DNA of 64,000 bases from Octopus sinensis (GCF_006345805.1 NC_043008.1:4464001-4528000), one strand, 5' to 3'; positions 36,022-48,908 are shown, counted from the first letter of the stretch. The notes: generated by a model from the letters alone, not told the origin. Program-made: numbers and translations.

Positions 36022-36303
36022 TATATATATATATATATATATATAATCAAAATAAGCAACAAGGATATCCAGAGGTAACGCTTATTTTGATTCTAATCAC
36101 CTTATTTTGAAATTGTATGGATAATACTGTACTATATATATATATATATATATATATAGGCACAGATGTGGTTGTGTGGTAAGAAGGCTGCATCCCAGCT
36201 GTATGGTTCTAGGTTCAGTATCACTGCAAGGCCCCTTGGGCAAGGGTCTTCTGTTATAGCCTTGTGAGAGGATTTAGTAGAAAAACTAAAAGGAACCCAT
36301 TAT

Positions 36304-36339
<36 letters not shown>

Positions 36340-36342
<3 letters not shown>

Positions 36343-36848
36343 CCTGTGTTTGTCTCATCCACTACCATCACTTGAAAGCCGGTGTTGGTGTGTTTACATC
36401 CTCATAACTTAACAATTCAGCAAAAGAGACTGATAGAATGAGTACCAGGTTTTAAAAAATAAATACTAGGGTCAATTTGTTCAACTAAATTTTTTCAAGG
36501 TGGCTGCAATCTAATGACTGAATGAAGTAAAAGAATATTTGCCAAAAAGCTTGAATTCTTCAAAAATAGGTTAGCAACTTTGTGTGTGGTGTGTGTGTGT
36601 ATGCCTGTGTTTGTCTCATCCACTACCATCACTTGAAAGCCGGTGTTGGTGTGTTTACATCCTCATAACTTAACAATTCAGCAAAAGAGACTGATAGAAT
36701 GAGTACCAGGTTTTAAAAAATAAATACTAGGGTCAATTTGTTCAACTAAATTTTTTCAAGGTGGCTGCAATCTAATGACTGAATGAAGTAAAAGAATATT
36801 TGCCAAAAAGCTTGAATTCTTCAAAAATAGGTTAGCAACTTTGTGTGT
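36340..36848. repeat. Perfect 261-bp-period tandem duplication of a SINE 3' half, bounded by (TG)n
   Basis: The sequence from 36340 is repeated without visible differences from 36601. Confidence 0.9.
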
Positions 36849-37559
36849 GTGTGTGTGTGTGTGTGTGGTATTTGCCAGTGTTTAAGATGCAACTCTGCAT
36901 AAGATACATCCTTATATCTTACAGGAGTATTTTGTATGAAAAATAGAAAAGAAAGAGTTTTAATATCCAACACTCCATGAAAATTATTTGAAAGTGGTTT
37001 TGAAGGGGTTGCATGTGATTTTGTGCATAAAAATACAATGCAAACAGGAATCAATTATAAAATCATATGTTGTAACCTTGACAAGAAAAGAGATTTAATT
37101 TACAAAAGCTGAAAAGAAATACTTTGCTTTAGTATCAGTGAATAATTTGTACATGCAGACAAAGCAAATATATCAGTAAAATCTAGTACAAAGCAAGCAG
37201 CAGAGTACAATGAATGTGAATGAATTGCTAGAGACAGAGTTTATGTTAAAGCAAGTCTTTCATTAATATTAGTAGAGAGTAAGCAACAGGAAAACAGTGA
37301 ATCCATTCTGGTATTTCAGTGAATAGCGTCAGATGTGTTACAACATTTTAGAGCACAATAAATATAAAACAAAACAAAAAAAGTTTCATGAAATGAAATT
37401 TTATTTAATTAATCACCTGAAAAATCTGGGAAATCCTCATCTTCAGAACTCGGTAAGCCAACTTTGGGAAAGCCTGAAAACTCATTCTCACTGCTTCGTA
37501 TCAATGAGACTCCCTTCTTAACTGGAATGTTCTGCAATAGGATTTGTGTCAACAATGTT

Positions 37560-38110
37560 TCCTTCAAATAATAAACCCCCTCATCTCCATTTATGGTATT
37601 ACTAACTCTACATCTTTTTCATGATTTCTCAACTCCCTCATCTTTTACTTCATTCCATGAACTTGTTACCTGTTCACACATCTCTAAGTAAACCTCTTCC
37701 TTCTCCTTGTCTCTGTGCCTCTTTAAAAGCTGAAACCTAAATCCAATTCATTCATTCTTACCACATAAATCCTTTAAATGGTTCATTGATAAAGACATCC
37801 AGAGGCTGAAAGTGACTGGTTAGAGTTAGTCTACCTGGCATTACAGTTGAAATTTTAGTTGCCAACTTTCTTTCTAACAAACTGAGACCTGTCAGCTCAA
37901 AAAGCCAGTTATTTGAATGACTCAAAAAGCAACTTCAACCACAATTTCATTCCTCCTAGTTTTTCTTTAGGTAATATTTTTTCTTCTTTTAGAAGTGAAA
38001 TAAGCTTTGTGCCATCAGTAAAACACGTTAAAACAATTGTGTTGTAAACCTTCTCGTGGTCACATGTTTTAACAGTCACAGATTTGGCACTTTTGGTTTC
38101 TACCATCTTC
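37560..38110 (-). mobile_element. pogo/Tigger-type DDE transposase remnant
   Basis: AKSVTVKTCDHEKVYNTIVLTCFTDGTKL (resembling GAKTVxVKTSGHEKTHYTVVLACCADGTKL) and PGRLTLTSHFQPLDVFINEPFKGFM (resembling PGGLTSQLQPLDVSINKPFK). Confidence 0.85.
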
Positions 38111-38375
38111 TTTGTACTTCATTTGTTGCTTTCGAATAATAGGTCTGGACTATGTGGGAACTTGACCTAAATCAAAAAATGTTAAACGAACAGTATTGTC
38201 CACTTTCACTTCTAATCAGAAGGGATATGTTAATACAGTTTGTTTGACCAAGAGATGTGAAGCACATATCTTTGATTGGTGTTTTGTGTTACCATGGTCT
38301 GCCACCAGAGTACACTGTTGTTTAGTTCCCAACCATTTTCAGTTTTGTTGATTAATAGAATAAATTGTCAACATA

Positions 38376-38537
38376 GGTGCAGGAGTGGCTGTGTGGTAAG
38401 TAGCTTGCTTACAAACCACATGGTTCCAAGTTCAGTCCCACTGCGTGGCACCTTGGGCAAGTGTCTTCTACTATAGCTTCAGGCCAACCAAAGCCTTGTG
38501 AGAGGATTTAGTAGACAGAAACTGAAAGAAGGTCATC

Positions 38538-38611
<74 letters not shown>

Positions 38612-38776
38612 CATGCATATATATATACACATATATGTATATATGTGTGTGTATATGTTTGTGTGTGTTTGTCCCCCAACATCACTTGACAACTGATGCT
38701 GGTGTGTTTACGTCCCCGTAACATAACAGTTCGGCAAAAGAGACCAATAGAATAAGCACAAGGCTTACAAAGAATA
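38376..38776 (+). mobile_element. Well-preserved family A SINE with internal (TA)n, inserted next to the pogo remnant
   Basis: ggtgcaggagtggctgtgtggtaagtagcttgcttac...gttcagtcccactgcgtggcaccttgggcaagtgtcttctactatagc. Confidence 0.85.
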
Positions 38777-40528
38777 CTTGCTGCGGAACAGCAACTCTCG
38801 TTCTGGTTCAGTGCACTCGAGAGCTGGAACTTGATTTGTGTTGATAATCATGCAACCATGAAGAGGACTGTTTATGCTTTATTTTGATATAAAAATCGAT
38901 GGAAGTAGGTCGGATAATTGTTAAAAAATATAAATGTGAAGATTTCCTCGTTAATTTTTCATGTAGAAAAGAACATATTATCTTCAAGATTTATATATCA
39001 TAAGACAGAAAAATTTCTCGTGAATTGAATATGGTAATTGACAAATCTGGCTACGATATGGCGAAAAGATGCAATATCAATAAAAAGGGGTGGTATACTG
39101 TAGGCACTTGTCAAACTGACATATTCATGCATGGCACAGAGGTCAAATGGAACTTGGATCCAAGCCTTCAAATATTGAGTTTGAGCCAGAATTTAGAGAA
39201 ATGAATGAATTAATTACAAAGTAAACCTCTATTTCTATGAAAAAATGCACTAAATTGACGCACATAAGTCTTCTTGAGCCCCAAATTAGCATGGAATCAT
39301 TGCATTTAATGTACGTGTAAATTTCATTTAACTGAAAAATATTGGTCAAATTACACCAATAAAAATAATATTGTACAATGAATATTATTTTGTAGACTAT
39401 TAAAGTCAGATGTGATTTTTTGGGGTTTTCGATTTGAATACAATTGGATAAATTGTGGCAGTGGTTAGATATTCACTTGGGGTTGTTTGTTTTTTTTCTC
39501 TCTTCTACTAACGAGTTTACTGTAAGTTATAGATGTTTTTAATGTCTTTAATTTATGTTTTTAATGCTTAAAGTAAAAGAATTAGTTTTTACATCTTGTT
39601 TGCTTTTTAAGTGAGGTCAACATGCAATTCTTAGAAAGGTACCAAGTGGTCATGGGATGCACAAAAGCACCAGCAACATCTCCATTAAATCACACAGCTT
39701 TTCATTTGAAAATATTTGCAATTTTTTTTTTTTACTGGAAAAGCTTTTCCCATTGTTTTTAAGTGTATAGTGCAAAATAAAACTGGTCAAAATTGGTCCA
39801 GGGGTGGGGAGAATCATAAATTTTCTAAGATTTCCAAAGCCGTGGGGGAGGGGGGGGTTGGAAAAATCCCTGTCAAAATGGAGAAAATCCAACTTACATG
39901 GGTGCACTGATCTGAAACTGATCTGAAAATAACCATTTTTAATAATAGTCTGTTAAAATTTTATTGAAATGGTGTCATGTCCCATAATCTCAGGATTTAT
40001 TTAGATTCATATCTACTATAAATATGCCAAAACTCAAGTCCATCCCTGAGGGTCATACTTTTGGATTTAATTAGGTCTAAGAACACCATGAAATTGACTT
40101 TTTCCATATGTAACAAAATAGGCTTTATATAAATATTTAAAAAACTGGCCCCAAAAAAGTTTCCTTTCCAAGAACCTGAAAACAATAGACAACTGCTCTA
40201 TTACCATGGCTACTATTAATTTGTGTAATTTGAAGATGATTATCACCTCAATTTAAAAGATATGACATCACAAATATGGCTAATTATTCATTTAGGCCAA
40301 TTAAGCATGATTTCAACCAAGTCACTGACCATTCAAATTGTCAAATCTCCCGAAATATCCAAGCTTCGCAAATGAGCCATCAAAAGGTTTCTTTTTGGAT
40401 GCTCTCCAAAAAAAAGATACGTTGAAATATTTTCAAAAATTCAACTGGTCTTTAAATTGGACCCATTTCCTTATCACACTCTAATCACTCGGCCACACTC
40501 TTTCGTTCATATGTACCAATTATCATGT

Positions 40529-40563
<35 letters not shown>

Positions 40564-40912
40564 ACATATATATATATACATACACATGCATACATATACA
40601 GAGAGACAGGTAGTTAGACTTGCATGCACATGTACAGGCCTTCTACAGTCTGCAAGGTACTGCATTCCTGAAAGTTTCCATGTAATGTGCAGTTCTATGC
40701 AGCAGTGAAGCCTGTTTTTGCAATTTGAGTTTACAGTTAAACAACAGGATATGTAACTCTCTTTCATTGATTCCCATGAATGGATGACATGGGAATCAAC
40801 GGAAAATAATAGGTGTCGGGATTATGGTAGTCCAGAGTTTGGTCCAGAGTTTCAGGAATGCAATGCATCTGTGATGTGTTGGTTGCCTGTATGTGTATGT
40901 GTATGTATATAT

Positions 40913-40944
<32 letters not shown>

Positions 40945-40972
40945 GTACACATATACATATATATATATATAT

Positions 40973-41015
<43 letters not shown>

Positions 41016-41768
41016 TAATAAGGAGAGAGAGAGAGTATGTCAAAAATGATTTCTACCTTTGCATAAAACTTCCTCATATTACTAAATTCTTGGTAATGAG
41101 AAATATGAGACTGTCTTCTCTTGACCCGATACAGATTCCTTCACTTTATGGCAGGAGATAAATTCTTTTCTACAAGTCTCCATGCTACTTTTAATTTTTG
41201 TTCAGCAACAGAGACCCATCTTTTCAAGTAGATTTAAATCAGTTTAGGAATGTTCACTGCATTGCTTCATTTATAATATTGTTTCCTTTGTAATGTACTT
41301 TTGTGTGATACTTGATCTCATTTCATATCTTGTTAAAATTTGGAGACAAATGTAAGCTATTGGTAATGTAATTAAGATATAGATTAATAAATACAATGCA
41401 GAAACTAATATCGTAATGTGATGCTGGTGAATGCGATTTGCAATATTATAACCTCACTCATGCACACACACACACACACATACACACACATGTTCTTTAC
41501 ATTGTTTTAGCCATTTTGGCTAAAACCATGCTAGAACACGATATTAACGCTTCAGCATCGTATTCACCTGCATAAATGACTGTCTCGTGTTCTTGTACAT
41601 GTGTGTTCATTATATTGAAACTCACATTCACAAGTATCATGTTATGGTATTAGTTTCTGCCTGATATTACTTATATTTTAATTGTATGACCTAATATCTT
41701 ATGTAACTTTAGTTTTTATATATATATATAAATGGAGTTTAATGCAGGTATAAATCAAATACTTTTAC

Positions 41769-41851
41769 TTTCAACACATGTTTCGAAGATTCCACTGATA
41801 TTATTCAAAAGAATAAATGGTAGAAAACAATCCAATCTTCTCTTCAGGAAA
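41769..41851 (-). ncRNA. Type I hammerhead ribozyme with fully canonical core
   Basis: UUUC | CUGAAGA | GAAGAUU-(42-nt loop)-AAUCUUC | GAAAC-augu-GUU | GAAA. G10.1-C11.1 is present, the triplet is GUU, and stem III is self-complementary. Confidence 0.7.
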
Positions 41852-44283
41852 TTGAAAAAACGAAACTCTTCAATAAGACATTTTAGCAAAAAATGATGGA
41901 TTTGTATAATGGATGGTCCTTTTAAGTATATGACTATTTAACAATTAACCTGGTTGCTGCTAATTCATATTAAAAGAGAGCATAGAAGATGATACTTTCG
42001 AAATGAATTTTTAAAAATATTTTATGAACAAACTTTGGAAGCATCAAACATGTTTGATATTTTACAGACAAGATAGTAATTTTGAAATGGTCTGAGAACA
42101 GCAGCCGCTGGCAACTTTTTTCCACCTTCTAAGAGTATTTACTCTGTTGTTTACACAGCAGTTATACTGCATTTGAAATTTACTTCTTTGTCTTTAAAAA
42201 GATCTTTATGGTTGAAGGTATGGTCATAAGATTAAGAAGTTTGCTTCACAAGCAAGAGGTTTGGGGTTCACTCCTAGTGTAGCCCCTTAAACAAGTTTCT
42301 TTCATAACAACCTTCCGTTTGACCAAAACCTTGTAAATTCAATTTAGTAAATCATTAGATGTGTGTGCGTATTGGTATGAGATTATAAAAATACCATATT
42401 TTACTTATTTAATTCTGTCCAACTTATGTATTTTGGGGGGCTAAAAGAACAAAAATAAAAAATTAAATCTGAAACTAATTCTTAATCCTTTTGTTACCCT
42501 ATTTCTGTTGAGATGCTCTGGGTTTCTTTCAATTAATTTGAAATATAACAAAGAATTTTGTAAAATAACTTAATTATCATTAAGCTAGTGTTAGGAATAT
42601 AAATTGTAACTAAGAAGATTTTAATTCAGAACTTTTGAAAACAAGGATATTTGTATTACAGAGCTAGAGGTGGTTTCAGCCAGGTTAGTATCAAAAGGGT
42701 TAAACCTCAGAATTGAAGTTGGTTAGATTTTTGTAGAGTGAAGGGTACACAAGAATGAGAATATACAAATATGTAAAAAAAAAAAAAAAAAAAAGTCAAG
42801 AGATGCAGAAGTGATTAAATGCTAAAATTCCAGAAAATTGCTAATAGATTGCCTCTGCAGTATAATCAGTAAGAGAGTTCATAGAAGAATTTGATAAATT
42901 TAGTTGCCAAGAGGAGTGAAGAATTAGACATTTCAGTCTCGCATTCCTCACCTGAGAATAGGAAAAAAAAGAAGAAAAAGTAATGTCTGTGGTTCCACTA
43001 ACTGATTTATGGGTTCTGAGATTAAAAACCATTTCATTAAATTCTAAGAATTTTTTTTTATTTCACAGATTTTTATTGTAATATGGAGTATCGAATAAGA
43101 ATTGATTTATTTTGTTTCATTTCATGCTCCATTTGTTTTACGGAGAGTATATATTATATTCTTTGTTTCTTTTAGTCTTTTACTGGTTTCAACCACTGGA
43201 CAGTGGCCATGAAAGGACAATGGGTCAAAGTTTAATCAATTATATCAACACCAGCAAAAATATTTTATCCACTATAGAAGGAATGGCAAATTCTACCTGT
43301 GCATACAGGGACATAACCAAATCACAAAAGGATGTGACCATATGTCACCGTACTTTTCTCACCACACTCCTACTTCTGCCATTCCACTTACTGAGAGTAA
43401 GAAAAATTGTTCTCAGATGAAGTGACCCCCAAAATGTCAGATTTCCTTGCTTCCCTTATCATAAAACATAACTGTATAATTTTTAAACCCACCTTTATGC
43501 TGTTGCAGTTATTACAAAGGAGATAAGCATTTCTTCATAATATTTGGTAGGATTAGAAATTTGAACTTGAATTAAGGATAAAGGAAAACTTGCATAAAAT
43601 TCACAAATCTTTTTTTCTTCTTTTTTGCTTACTTATAACAAAGTTCATAAAATTTATTGTTGGCAGTAACTCTGTAACTATTTCATTCAATTTAGAAACC
43701 ATCAGCATGATATAACCATTGACTTATTTATTGAGCATTTCATGAAGTCTGATATTCCATGAATGACAGACAGGATTATGGTCTGGCACAGAAACACAGA
43801 CTTTCACCAGTTTTGCCACAGAGTTCAACTCAGTATTGAACACATAACATTGAGTCGTAGAAGTCTGGAAGTTTAAAATATTCCACTGTTTTACTGTTTA
43901 TATCAAATTTCATAAGCCTCATACATTATTAATTAATTTAATTTACTTTGAAAGGGTTCTTTTTGTCTTGTTTTTGGGTAAATGTTCCTTGTTACATAGC
44001 ATTTATTAATCATCTGTTGAGCATAAAAGTAGATGTCATGTTAATTTTTGCAAATTTGAAATAAACTTAGAATAATTTTCTGCATATCATTAAATGTATG
44101 TCGATGTGTATGTGTGTCTATATTTGTGCATATTTATGTATACATGTGTACTATACGTGTGTGCGTGTATATACACATACATACATATAGAGAGAGAGCA
44201 GGAAGGTGAGATACACAGAGAGATGCATATGGGTGTGTGTACATATACACACTCATATGTATACACACACACACACTCATTCC

Positions 44284-44332
<49 letters not shown>

Positions 44333-45368
44333 TGTGTCTATGTTGATAGGGAAAATATTCACCCTATGATCAAATCCTTTGTATGAAATCAATATCTTGT
44401 CAGAAATTAATATATATCCTACAGCTCTGGTATTCAAATATATTCACAATTGAATTTTAATGATGAAATTCAAGTATTATTACATAAACAAATATTAGGC
44501 ACTCTTTGAACTGAATAGTAATTTCATGGCATTATAATATATTAAATTACATATTCCTGATTAGTTGTTAATTTTCTGTAATTCTGAGATTTCTAACTTT
44601 ATTAACCAAATTACATCTGCAACATTTGTTTTCACTATCAGCACAACCACAACCTCCATTGAGAAATTATTATTATTGAACCACGACTCAGACAGATTTG
44701 TAAAAAGAAATTTCATCATTGCTCACATACAGCACATAGAGTTAGAGATATACATTTTACATAACAAATTCCTATTAAATTATGGCTGTACATATATAAC
44801 TATGCTGAAGCTCTGATAATTTGTACAGCAAAACATATATGTTAGCCAAGGCAGGATTGAATTTTTATATCAGAAAATGAGAAACCTTGCTGAAAGCAAA
44901 ATTTATCTTGCATTCAAATTTGAAACTCTCTCTAAAAGTCATATGAAAAAAATGGTTTAAACCTTAAAACCGAAACAGTAATTTAATAGAAATTTCATAG
45001 CTGTGAATTTGAAAAATTAATTACATTCATTTAATCACTTTCATTATTTTTCTCAGCATAGACGAACCCCCCCACAGCTTCTTAGGCACTTTGCAATTTA
45101 ACCCTGTTACTAAAAATGTTCCCAGTCCTGATCTTATTTGATCGTTTTGAATCTAGGGGAAGTTGTAGCTGTTTCTCCTTCAAATCCCAATTTACATCAT
45201 TTTTGAAAAGAGAGGTGATGCAAGGAATCGCTTCATCCTGGATATGCAGTCTCAGTAAAATAATAGGTGAAGCTCTATCAAATATTACTTGGGGCTAAAC
45301 AACAGCAATAAGAAGGGTGTGTATAACATTCAGGACAGTATATATACATAAATAACGCATGGAATATA

Positions 45369-45423
<55 letters not shown>

Positions 45424-46199
45424 ATATATGGAAACGGAGTTAGCGATTATAGTAACTGACTAAGCGATAAAATATCCATATATAAAATAAAATCGACAAT
45501 TCTCTTTTCTCCCTTGTAAAATTGAAGTTTCTGATTTCACCATTAAAAGTAGTTTAGTAGTACTATTATGACTATTCAGTCTGTGAAGGTATTTCGTTTG
45601 TTTCCCAGATGTGACTTTGTCCACTTTTTTCCCATGTCAGAGGTTGTTAACTGATATAATCTTGGCTATTATTTATAGTTGCATTTAGGGTGGCAACTTG
45701 GTAGAAACATTAAGGGCATCAGACAAAACCTTGGCAGCATTTCTTGTGACTCTTTATGTTCTGAGTTCATATTCCAAGGTCAACTTTACCTTTTATCCTT
45801 TCGAAGTTGATAAAATAAGCACCAGTCAAATATCAGGCTTGAGGTAATCCACTTGTTCCCTTCCCCTCAAAATTTTGTGCCAAAATTATAAAGAATTATT
45901 TCTAGGTACATTTGCCTTTGAGTAACTTTGAAAAATATTTCTTTGAATTTTACAATTATTCAAAATACAAGTATTGAGCTCAGTTTGTTCCTCTAAAACT
46001 TTCAAGGTGATGCTCCAGCATTGCCAAGTCCAGTGATTGAAACAAATAAAAGGTGAAGATAAATATATTGAGTCTCCAACTCATCCCTCAACTTTCAAAA
46101 CTACAGTTTCTGTAGACCGCTTATATATTTCTTCAACTGTAAATGTACCGGTCAGAATGTACTCCTTTTATTTCTATCTTTAATAACTTCATCAAGTCT

Positions 46200-46244
<45 letters not shown>

Positions 46245-46298
46245 TACATATAATTGATCAAAATAAAAATAAAAATAAAAACATGAGGCGAAGGATTC

Positions 46299-46378
46299 AG
46301 CGGTACATATGTTTCGGGCCTTTATTAGACAGATACATAACAAATCATAATGTATGTCTGTGGCCTTCTTCAGCCGCT
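46299..46378 (-). ncRNA. Type I hammerhead ribozyme with extended stem II
   Basis: AGCGG | CUGAAGA | A-GGCC...long hairpin...GGCC-C | GAAAC-auau-GUA | CCGCU. Stem III is the perfect palindrome ACAUAUGU, 10.1/11.1 is an A-C mismatch, and predicted cleavage is between 46304 and 46303. Confidence 0.7.
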
Positions 46379-47425
46379 CACAACAGCTTCCACAAGGACA
46401 TGTGTTAGTTCCGAAATTCTTGGCTGGGGATGCAAATCTTCTTTCCCGTACGACAAAATGCGGCAGCAGCATCGAATTGAATCGTCCATCTCCTTCTTCT
46501 CTCATGTAGAATGAGGAACTTGGATGTTGAGGTAATGTAAATAAATAAATACGTATATAGAGGTGAAGATGGAGGGGCGAGAGTTCGGGGCGAGGGATAA
46601 AAAAATATAAAATAATATAAAATAATGTATAAATGTAGATGATAAAGATATAAAGAGTTGTAAGGAGATGTAAAGGGGGGTATAAAGCATAATGTTGTAA
46701 AGTAAAAATAGAAATGGAAATAATAGTAAAAGAAGTAAAGGAACCTGATAAAAACATGATAAAAGTGTAAAAGAATGTAGGGATAAGGGATGTATAGAGG
46801 TCGCGGACCCAGCATGGTGGTCAAGAGATTGATAAAACTTAGTTGTAGAACGTCAGTAAATTAACGGTTTCGTCGTAAATCAGAGCTGATGAGAGTTTAA
46901 TCTGGTTCCTTGAATTAAATGGACTTCCAGTACATACATATCATCATGGGTACATACACCACATACACGCGTACATATACGTCTCCAAGTCTATAAGCAA
47001 ACACACGCACTCGCGTGTAAACATGTACATAACCCACACGCACCCACACGCATGCGCGCACACACACATACATACAACAGAATATCCGCATATATAGACG
47101 GACATTACGCGCGTATACGCTCACATGTACATACGTGCGCCCCTCACTACATACGTACACGTATATGCCCACGTCTCTAGGTCTAGGTATAAGATATTAA
47201 AGGATGTGTATAAGAACGTATGTAAAGAATCCCGTACTCATGTTAATACGCGCACGCACACACGGGAGAGTTTATGAAAAAAACAAAAGACGAAGACAGG
47301 TGCTGTACAAAACAAACAGATGTATTAGTATAACGCTCAGGAATAGAAAAATTCTTTTATGTTTCAAGCCTATGCTCTTCTACAGAAAGGGACAGAGATA
47401 AAACAAGGAGAGATAAGAATGTGTG

Positions 47426-47456
<31 letters not shown>

Positions 47457-47461
<5 letters not shown>

Positions 47462-48458
47462 ATAGTAAAAAGTGAAAAAACTACAGAAGGCTTGTTTTAA
47501 AAGGTTAAAAAATATATATTTGAGTCAATATGTCTGAAGAATGTTATAAACTTTTTTCTTACAATGACATAGTTTAGAAGAAATGACCGGTTTCGCGTTC
47601 AGCTTTTCAAATTTCTTACATCGTTATGTTTACGTTAAGAAGAGTTATCGTTATGTTTATGTTGAGAAGAGTTCCAGATAAGGGGAGGTAATAAGTGATT
47701 TCTTCCGGTGTAAGGGAGATAATTGCTTAAAATTTTTTTCCTTTCTTTTGGAGTGAATTTCTCTGTAAAAGTATGTTGGAATGGTTAAGTTTGGGCTTGT
47801 ATTTTTCAATGAAGAATGTTTCCTTGTTTAGTCTAATTTGTGTTGGTGTTCCGATAGCACATTGGTAAAATGGAAAGATTAAAAATTGTGGTAATAGTTG
47901 CTTTGCGCATTTCTCAATGTGCTCAGACGTAGATGCACACTGCATTGACAACAGATTGCATTCCCAGAATACAGAATGATACCCTTTAGTGAGCACATTG
48001 AGAAATGCGCAAAGCAACTATTACCACAATTTTTAATCTTTCCATTTTACCAATGTGCTATCGGAACACCAACACAAATTAGACTAAACAAGGAAACATT
48101 CTTCATTGAAAAATACAAGCCCAAACTTAACCATTCCAACATACTTTTACAGAGAAATTCACTCCAAAAGAAAGGAAAAAAATTTTAAGCAATTATCTCC
48201 CTTACACCGGAAGAAATCACTTATTACCTCCCCTTATCTGGAACTCTTCTCAACATGAACATAACGATAACTCTTCTTAACGTAAACATAACGATGTAAG
48301 AAATTTGAAAAGCTGAACGCGAAACCGGTCATTTCTTCTAAACTATGTCATTGTAAGAAAAAAATTTATAACATTCTTCAGACATATTGACTCAAATATA
48401 TATTTTTTAACCTTTTAAAACAAGCCTTCTGTAGTTTTTTCACTTTTTACTATTTTCT
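47457..48458. mobile_element. Penelope-like element: 469-bp inverted arms (2 mismatches seen) with a 64-bp spacer; encodes a GIY-YIG endonuclease C-terminus
   Basis: 47457-47925 is the reverse complement of 47990-48458. The plus frame through the spacer reads RRRCTLH*QQIAFPEYRMIPFSEHIEKCAKQLLPQFLIFPFYQC...RLNKETFFIEKYKPKLN, matching the PLE RMTVHRQQI...SEH..C...E..FI.K.KP.LN pattern. Flanked by (TA)/(GA) microsatellites. Confidence 0.85.
48298..48337 (+). ncRNA. Minimal hammerhead-like motif in the PLE arm, U3-A8 variant (mirror copy at 47578-47617, minus strand)
   Basis: AAGAAAU | UUGAAAA | GC-ugaac-GC | GAAAC-CG-GUC | AUUUCUU. Stem I is 7 bp, stem III is the ACCGGU palindrome, and the triplet is GUC. 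Confidence 0.65.
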
Positions 48459-48894
48459 ATATATTCAACCACGTGCTTTCACAAACCAACTTCTCGTCTA
48501 TATATATATATATATATTATATATATATATATATATACAATAATCTTTAATATAATACAGTAAGACAACGGGGTAATGTTATTAGGAAGTTAAAAGAGGA
48601 AGGTGAAACACTGTAACTGAATAAATTAAGAGAAGTTAAAAAACAAGACAAGACTAAGTGAAAAGGTGAAGCATTTTCTGTTTTTTCCCCAAAAGATTTC
48701 TAGAAAGTCTTAAAGAATTCCACCAAAGTCAACAAAAAGGATTCTCACCTTTTCTGTCTTTTAGCAATTTTTAAAACTATTTTTAACTTCTCTGGAATTA
48801 TTCCGTTCCAGTGTTTCAACCACAGCCTCGATCTTCCTAACCTCCCCTACTAAGCACGTTTCCTTGTTGTCTTACTATTCTATTCCATAACCAA

Positions 48895-48908
48895 GTTGCC
48901 TAAGATAC
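48895..48908. promoter_or_regulatory. X-box-like motif GTTGCCTAAGATAC
   Basis: Perfect left half-site with a common variant right half. A strong minus-strand donor (AAG|gtgaga) lies ~150 bp away at 48748. Confidence 0.35.

Noticed and set aside
45080-45295. Open minus-strand frame PQVIFDRASPIILLRLHIQDEAIP... after a ttgtttag acceptor, phase-matched to the 49.3-kb exon
   Set aside because: It overlaps a degraded old SINE-like repeat whose 3' end (ggggctaaacaacagc) supplies the apparent acceptor.
46152-46824. 201-aa and 139-aa minus-strand ORFs
   Set aside because: Low-complexity Y/F/I/L composition from a pyrimidine-rich strand. They overlap the ribozyme and show no protein motif.
46855-46890. 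ctgatttacgacgaaaccgtta on the minus strand as a hammerhead
   Set aside because: No valid 7-nt core, stem II or stem I could be drawn.
48749-48846. Internal coding exon GRLGRSRLWLKHW...
   Set aside because: Recounting the A-run gives an in-frame TAA before the donor, and the acceptor lacks a pyrimidine tract.
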